Virus record (IMG/VR): IMGVR_UViG_3300037467_000627
Length of the DNA: 64,000 nucleotides
Source: a virus
Strand: one strand, 5' to 3'
Below are positions 58,237 to 64,000 of the stretch, in pieces. Within the stretch, counting starts at the first letter, position 1; each line of letters starts with the position of its first letter. The translations under genes were made by a program, and so were the position numbers. The notes under the pieces are model-generated. The model did not search any database. It had not been told where the DNA came from and saw only the letters and a program-made list of their open reading frames with translations.

Positions 58237-61200
58237 GTGCAAGGCTACATGAACATTACTGTTCGTGTTGCGGCAGCTCGAGCTCAGCAGCAGATCAAGC
58301 AGCTGCAGAGTCAGGTTGCAATGCTGGAGCGTGAGTTGGGCCGCGCCAGCGCTGCCGGTGGTTCTTTCATCGGAGACAAGCACATCTCCGCGATGGCCAA
58401 GTGGGGTAATCAGGTCCAATGGACCGGCAGACAGATTACCTATAACTTCACTCTGCCCTTGGCGATCGCTGCCGGTGCGGCTACGAAGTGGCAGCTAGCG
58501 AACGAGAAGGCCTTCACGCAGGTTCAGAAGGTCTACGGTGACACTCAGGCGGCGGCCGCCTTCTACATGAAGACCCAGAAGGGTCTCACGCAGGAGATGG
58601 CTAACCAGAAGGCCACCGAGACGTTCAATCATGAACTTGAGGCTCTCCAAAAGAACTTCAAGGCGCTGAGTAACTACTACGGCGTACAGCAAGACGAGGT
58701 CATCAACGTCGCCGCAGCCTGGGCTGCCGCTGGAGCATCCGGCAAGGATCTCGCGGTCGCGACAGATGCCACGATGAAGGCCATCATCCTGGGCGATATG
58801 AACGCTGCCGATGCTACGCAGGCGCTCATCTCGATCCAGTCGCAGTATCAGCTGAACAGCGAAGAGTTGATGAAGACTCTGGCGCAGCTGAACGCAGTTG
58901 AAAACCAGACCGGCATCTCGATGCAGGGTCTGATTGAAGGCTTTGAAAGAGCCGCTGGGACGGCGCGCACCGCTGGAGTCTCTACTCGCGAGCTCGCCGC
59001 CATGCTGGCCGCACTCACACCTGCCACTGGTTCCGCCGCGAACGCTGGTAACGCCCTCAAGACCATTCTGTCTCGCCTCATGGCTCCGACCAAGCAGGCT
59101 GCAGACGTCATGGCCGAGATGGGCATCAACGTCACCGACATGAGCTGGAAGTCGGCCAACGGCGCTGAACGCCTCAAGATTATGGAGCAGCGCTTCGATA
59201 AGCTGTCTGACTCCGGCAAGGCGTTTGTCAGTTCGATTATCGCCTCGCGCTGGCAGGTGAACAAGTTCGACGTCCTGATGCGAGAACTCGGTAGCTCGAC
59301 TGGGTTCTATCAGAAGGCTCTCGATGCCACATCGTCGGACACCAAGGTCTTCCAGATTGCTAACCAGGAGCTCCAGAAGGTTCTTGACAGCAATCCGCGC
59401 AAGCTACAGATCATCTGGGCCACACTTCAGAACGGCGCGGCAGATGTAATCCAGCCGCTCATCCCGTACATCATCTATCTGGCCGGTGTCATCAAGGATG
59501 CCGTCCTGGCCTTCCAGGACTTGCCGCCCGTCGTACAGAAGGCTGCTCTGGCGCTGGCGATCATGGTCGCCCTGTTCGGACCACTTCTGAAGTACTTCGG
59601 TTCGACTGCAACACTTATTGGGCAGCTAGGACTGTTCTTCGGTAAGTTCCTGGTGCTCCCGGTACGGGCCGCTTCATTGGCGCTCGGGGGATTGGGGTTC
59701 GTCCTATCCAGCGTCGGTACGTTGTGGGGTGCAACGGTCGGCATCCTAGTCCGTGGCGGCGCGGCCGTAGCTACCGGCATCGGAGCAATGGCTGCTGGCG
59801 TAGTCAGGTCGTTCGGTGCCGTCGTCGTAGGCGCTCGCGTTCTCGCGGGCATCCCTGCGGCAGTCTTTGCTACCTGGCGCGGAGCCATGGCGGCGATGAT
59901 GGGAGCCTGGGTCGCCTTCGGTGCGGCAGTCCGTGCGGCATGGCTTGGCGTGCAGCTCGGAATGATCGCTGCGACGAGGATGGGAGCTATTGCTCAGGCT
60001 GGCCTCCAGGCCACCATGATGCGCTCCTGGATGATCTTCCTCGGTGCGTGGCGTACGACTGGCATGGTGATGTTCGGCGCAGCTGGCATCGGCATGCGCA
60101 CCGCCCTACTGGCCGCCCTCAGTCCAGCGAAGTTGTTCGCAGCGATCGGCGCAGGTCTTTCGCGCCTCGGTCCGCTCCTTCTTCGGTTCATCACTGGTCC
60201 GGTCGGCCTAGTCGTCACGGCAGTTATCACCCTGCTCCTTCTGTGCCGCAAGCAGATCGAGCAGATCTGGACAAACATCTCTGACTGGTGGAACAGCAGT
60301 AACAACAACCTAGTCGAGAACATCATCAAGGCTTGGTACGCCCTCCCAGAGGGTGTGCGCAACGCGCTAGTCGCGGTCGCTAAGATCGTCGAGACTGTCG
60401 CGATGAAGATCTACGAACTCTTCAGCTACATCAACCCCTTCGCGCATCACTCGCCATCTCTGGTCGAGAACGTCACGCGAGGCATGGCGGTCATTAAGAA
60501 GGAGTTCGCAGGTCTTGGCTCTATTGAAGGCGACATCAAGGGCGCCTACCGAGCTATCAAGGCTTTTGGTGGAGCAGCTGCCGCCCTCGGTCTGGATGAC
60601 TTCAGCCGTGACCTAGCGCAGATGAAGGAGTTTGCTCCTTCGCTCGTTCCAGGCTTCATGGCTCTCCATGGCGTGCTCGGAGTCCTGAACAAGGATCTCG
60701 CCGTCATGGAGCAGCGCATCGCTGCCCAGAAGGCTGTTGTAGACAGGTGGTCTGCTGCGCTGGACGCAGCCAACGCTCGCCTCGACGCGGCGCAGGACAA
60801 GCTCGACGCGCTCCAGAAGATTTCGCAGAATTACTCGGATCTTCTTGACGCCGCGAAGAGCAGGCTTCAGGACTGGGCTGACACGCCCATTCAGGGCATG
60901 CAGGCGATGTCCGACAAGATCTTTGCCAACGAGATGGCGCAGAAGAAGCTCCGTCTCGAGATGATGAAGATGGAGGACGTAGTCGGTCCTCTGGATGACA
61001 TCAAGGGCAAGATTGACGCGATCAACGGCTCGCAAGAGTTGCTGCGCGGACAGCAGGCTGACCTCCGATCTGCCGGTGCCGGTTCCGAGATCCTCAAGGT
61101 CTACGACCAGGAGATCGGCAAGCTTGAAGAGCAGAAGAACACGTACGGCGACGCGTCTGAAGCACTGCAGAAGATGCAGGATCAGCTCGACGCATTGCAG

Positions 61201-64000
61201 CGCGCAGGTGAGCGTCTCGACCTTGAGAACTCCCTGAAGTTCGACCCACTGACTCGTCAGATCCAGCAGGCGTCCAACGCTATGCAGGAGATGCCCTTCG
61301 ATGTCATCATGGCGGGCATCAAGGGGTCGAAGGCTGATGTCGACAAGTACACCAATGCACTCAACACTGCCAACGCGGCAGTCGACAAGCAGAAGCAGGT
61401 CGTAGATCAGCTGACGGCTGCCCGCGACGCGACAAGTAAGCAGCTTGACGTAGAGAAGGCGAAGCTTGACAAGCTGAACGACGCTTACTCGGCACTCAAG
61501 GATGCGATCAACGACGTCGAGTCTGCGATGCGCGACATGTCAGCTGCCGCCCAGGCTGCTGAGTCTGCACAGAAGGCGAAGAAGGCAAAGGAGGGTGGTC
61601 CCCTCACTCTAGCCGACATGCAGGGTGGAGACTTCGCCGATGTCGGCGGTACTGGTGTCCAGCTTCGCAAGGACTGGAATGACCAGTCTGCTTTGATCGA
61701 TCAGCTCACGAAGGATTTGCAGACTAAGGCTGCGAACGCCTTCAAGGGTATCGACATGTTCGGTCCGATCAAGCAGAAGTGGAACGAGTTTAAGGGCTGG
61801 TGGACCGCCAATATCAGCCCAATCTTTGCGACGATCGGCGATTTCCTCAGTCACATCTTTGACAATGTAGACTGGGGTGGAATCTTTGAACCGTTCCAGA
61901 AGGCGGCAGGCTTCATCGCGAAGGTCGGCAAGGCCTTGTGGGCTCTGTTCAGTCCAGCGTTCAAGGAGATTGTCGACGGAGTCAAGAAGGGTATCAAGCA
62001 GTTCTGGGAAGAGGTCGGCCCTGCACTGTCTGGCCTGAAGGACATCGTTGAGCCAACCAGGAAGGCTTGGGCTACGCTTTGGCCAGCCCTCAAGGGTTTG
62101 TTCGGTCTCATCATCGGCGCAGTCCTCCTCGTCCTGACTACCGTCTTTAACATCCTCGGCAACATCATCGGACCTGTCCTTCAGACGATCGGTGCTGTTC
62201 TTAACGGCATCATCGACATCATCAAGGGCGTTATCATGGTCGTCGCTGGAATCATCAGCGGCGACTGGAAGACGGTACTTGATGGCCTCTGGCAGATCCT
62301 CAAGGGCGTTGTTCAGATTATCTGGGGTATCCTCAAGGGTGCCGCAAAGGTAATCTGGGGAATTGTTAAGGGCATCGTCGAAGGTATCGTAGACTTCTTT
62401 ACCTGGCTCTGGGACGTCCTGGTCGGACACTCGATCATCCCAGACATGGTGAACGCCATCATCGCAGTCTTCAAGTGGCTTAACTCGATTCCGAAGTGGA
62501 TCTGGGACAATGTACTGAAGCCGATTGCCAACTTCTTCAAGTCCATCTGGGACAACTTCCTGAAGCCTGGCGTAACAAACATCGCCAAGGGTACGATTGC
62601 GATCTGGCAGGGCATCAAGGCGATTGTTCAGTGGATCTGGCTTAATGTACTTCTTCCGATTGCAAATTACTTCAAGGGAGTATGGACCGGTTATCTGTCG
62701 CCAGCGATCAATACGATCAAGGACGGCATCATCACAGGGTTCCAGAAGATCGGAGCTCTGATCAAGTGGGTCAACGACAAGTTCATCACTCCACTGAAGA
62801 CCGCGTTCTCGCTGTTCACTGACGCCGTTGGCAAGATCTTCGACAAGATCAAGGACAAGATCTCCGGGCCGATTGACAAGATCAAGGGCTGGATCAACAA
62901 CAACCTGATCGACCCACTCAACAAGGTCGTGAAGTTGTTTGGCATCACTATCCCGAAGTTCAGCACGGGTGGTGGGATCAGTACCGAGGGTCACGGGCAG
63001 AATTCTGCGGGTCGTCTGGCTACCGGTGGACCGGTGCGTGGGTTCTCGTCGTCATACAAGGCGGACAACATCCCAGCCTGGCTTACGGCTAACGAGTACG
63101 TGCAGCCGGTGTCAGCTGTTAGACACTACGGCGTCGGTTTTATGGACGCGATCCGCCGTAAGCAGATTCCGAAGGATGCGTTCAGCACTGATGGATTCTT
63201 CCTCGGCGGTCTGATTGACAAGGGCATGAAGACGGTTGACTCCTGGATGGAGAAGGGTCCGGAGTTTGCTGTCAACAAGATTCTCAACCCAGCTATCGGA
63301 ATGCTTAACCGTGGCTTCCCGACGCCAGAGTTTGTGAACAAGATTGCAACCGGAGTTCCAACCTCACTGCGCGACTCCATCATCAAGTGGAGTAAGGGCA
63401 AGTTCACTGCCGATGGTCCAGCTGGTCCTCCCGGAAACGTTGTCAATTATCGAGGTGTGCGACTTAACGAGCGCACCATTCAGATGCTCCTGGCGGCCGA
63501 GAGGATTCTTGGTAAGCAGTTCCACATCACCCAGGGGTCGTACTCCACCAGTGTTGCCGCGTCGGGTTCCACTCACGCAGGCGGCGGCGCGATGGACACC
63601 AACGATGCTGGAGCAGGCTGGGAGCGCGCGCAGAACGCTTTGCGTCAGGTTGGCTTTGCGGCCTGGTGGCGTCACCCGTGGCAGGGTCCATGGAATGATC
63701 ACATTCACTCGATCGCACTTGGCGACCCGACCGCCTCGCAGGCAGCCAAGAACCAGATGGCGGCTTACAAGCGTGGTGGAGATGGACTGGGGCACGGCAT
63801 GTTCGGCGGTGGACTTGTTCCTACCAAGAACGGCGTGATCTCCAGCCTGCGCGGCCTCCAGAGCGGTGCGATCATCAAGGGTGGCCAGGGTGGCACTCAG
63901 GTCGTGATTGGCGAGGGTACGCGAGACGAATTGGTACAGCCGCTGCCGAAGAACTGGAAGAACAACACGGATAGCGGTTCGGGCAAGACCGAGATCCATA
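58237..64000 (+). CDS. tail tape measure protein (5' 1921 codons; continues beyond the right edge)
   Basis: GTG at 58237 behind GAGGGAG (ATG at 58249 in frame). Frame open to the window end, so absent from the ORF track. TP901-type TMP core (TPATGSAANAGNALKTILSRL), hydrophobic Gly/Ala-rich block, W/F-periodic repeats, C-terminal peptidase-like motif. Confidence 0.85.
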   Translation, partial: MQGYMNITVRVAAARAQQQIKQLQSQVAMLERELGRASAAGGSFIGDKHISAMAKWGNQVQWTGRQITYNFTLPLAIAAGAATKWQLANEKAFTQVQKVYGDTQAAAAFYMKTQKGLTQEMANQKATETFNHELEALQKNFKALSNYYGVQQDEVINVAAAWAAAGASGKDLAVATDATMKAIILGDMNAADATQALISIQSQYQLNSEELMKTLAQLNAVENQTGISMQGLIEGFERAAGTARTAGVSTRELAAMLAALTPATGSAANAGNALKTILSRLMAPTKQAADVMAEMGINVTDMSWKSANGAERLKIMEQRFDKLSDSGKAFVSSIIASRWQVNKFDVLMRELGSSTGFYQKALDATSSDTKVFQIANQELQKVLDSNPRKLQIIWATLQNGAADVIQPLIPYIIYLAGVIKDAVLAFQDLPPVVQKAALALAIMVALFGPLLKYFGSTATLIGQLGLFFGKFLVLPVRAASLALGGLGFVLSSVGTLWGATVGILVRGGAAVATGIGAMAAGVVRSFGAVVVGARVLAGIPAAVFATWRGAMAAMMGAWVAFGAAVRAAWLGVQLGMIAATRMGAIAQAGLQATMMRSWMIFLGAWRTTGMVMFGAAGIGMRTALLAALSPAKLFAAIGAGLSRLGPLLLRFITGPVGLVVTAVITLLLLCRKQIEQIWTNISDWWNSSNNNLVENIIKAWYALPEGVRNALVAVAKIVETVAMKIYELFSYINPFAHHSPSLVENVTRGMAVIKKEFAGLGSIEGDIKGAYRAIKAFGGAAAALGLDDFSRDLAQMKEFAPSLVPGFMALHGVLGVLNKDLAVMEQRIAAQKAVVDRWSAALDAANARLDAAQDKLDALQKISQNYSDLLDAAKSRLQDWADTPIQGMQAMSDKIFANEMAQKKLRLEMMKMEDVVGPLDDIKGKIDAINGSQELLRGQQADLRSAGAGSEILKVYDQEIGKLEEQKNTYGDASEALQKMQDQLDALQRAGERLDLENSLKFDPLTRQIQQASNAMQEMPFDVIMAGIKGSKADVDKYTNALNTANAAVDKQKQVVDQLTAARDATSKQLDVEKAKLDKLNDAYSALKDAINDVESAMRDMSAAAQAAESAQKAKKAKEGGPLTLADMQGGDFADVGGTGVQLRKDWNDQSALIDQLTKDLQTKAANAFKGIDMFGPIKQKWNEFKGWWTANISPIFATIGDFLSHIFDNVDWGGIFEPFQKAAGFIAKVGKALWALFSPAFKEIVDGVKKGIKQFWEEVGPALSGLKDIVEPTRKAWATLWPALKGLFGLIIGAVLLVLTTVFNILGNIIGPVLQTIGAVLNGIIDIIKGVIMVVAGIISGDWKTVLDGLWQILKGVVQIIWGILKGAAKVIWGIVKGIVEGIVDFFTWLWDVLVGHSIIPDMVNAIIAVFKWLNSIPKWIWDNVLKPIANFFKSIWDNFLKPGVTNIAKGTIAIWQGIKAIVQWIWLNVLLPIANYFKGVWTGYLSPAINTIKDGIITGFQKIGALIKWVNDKFITPLKTAFSLFTDAVGKIFDKIKDKISGPIDKIKGWINNNLIDPLNKVVKLFGITIPKFSTGGGISTEGHGQNSAGRLATGGPVRGFSSSYKADNIPAWLTANEYVQPVSAVRHYGVGFMDAIRRKQIPKDAFSTDGFFLGGLIDKGMKTVDSWMEKGPEFAVNKILNPAIGMLNRGFPTPEFVNKIATGVPTSLRDSIIKWSKGKFTADGPAGPPGNVVNYRGVRLNERTIQMLLAAERILGKQFHITQGSYSTSVAASGSTHAGGGAMDTNDAGAGWERAQNALRQVGFAAWWRHPWQGPWNDHIHSIALGDPTASQAAKNQMAAYKRGGDGLGHGMFGGGLVPTKNGVISSLRGLQSGAIIKGGQGGTQVVIGEGTRDELVQPLPKNWKNNTDSGSGKTEIH

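Noticed and set aside
61609-62994. 461-aa minus-strand ORF, plus smaller minus-strand ORFs at 58165-60362
   Set aside because: They are antisense to the continuous tape-measure reading frame. The plus-strand translation gives a coherent TMP sequence.

Overview
The window reads as about 64 kb of a tailed dsDNA bacteriophage or prophage from a high-G+C, actinobacterial-type host. From 1 to 44.8 kb there are about 85 tightly packed minus-strand early and DNA-metabolism genes, often coupled through ATGA/GTGA/TGATG start-stop overlaps. They include a DNA methyltransferase, a RusA-like resolvase, a beta-clamp homologue, an Orn-like DEDDh exonuclease, an SNF2 helicase, a MazG-like NTP-PPase and a protein with an SSB-type acidic tip. 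They also include an XerC/D-like tyrosine recombinase, a MoxR/CobS-like AAA+ ATPase, a 995-aa HExxH/poly-acidic/vWA protein, a zinc-finger primase-helicase and an AEP prim-pol. A divergent non-coding region lies at 44.8-45.1 kb. From 45.1 to 64.0 kb the plus strand carries late genes: terminase, portal, Mu-I-like protease/scaffold, capsid, connectors, major tail protein and G/GT chaperones with a -1 frameshift. The late arm ends with a tape-measure gene of at least 1921 codons that runs off the right edge, so it is missing from the ORF track. RNA genes are tRNA-Met(CAT), tRNA-Pro(TGG), an atypical tRNA(CCC)-like gene, and a 136-nt tRNA-like gene with a roughly 64-nt insertion where the anticodon loop should be. 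The most unusual part is an accessory island at about 35.5-40.85 kb. It holds the only plus-strand gene of the early arm, convergent terminators, and three orphan minus-strand genes in G+T-rich, higher-G+C DNA. That DNA carries 31 same-strand copies of GTAGGTG. It is followed by a phased array of 11 copies of the 15-bp palindrome GTTGCC-N3-GGCAAC (two more flank the island on the left) and an AT-rich, ORF-free, repeat-laden 0.6-kb segment. All functional calls come from motif recognition by eye, with no database search. Hairpin and tRNA coordinates are accurate to about 2 nt, and several start codons were re-assigned from the ORF track using RBS and overlap logic.
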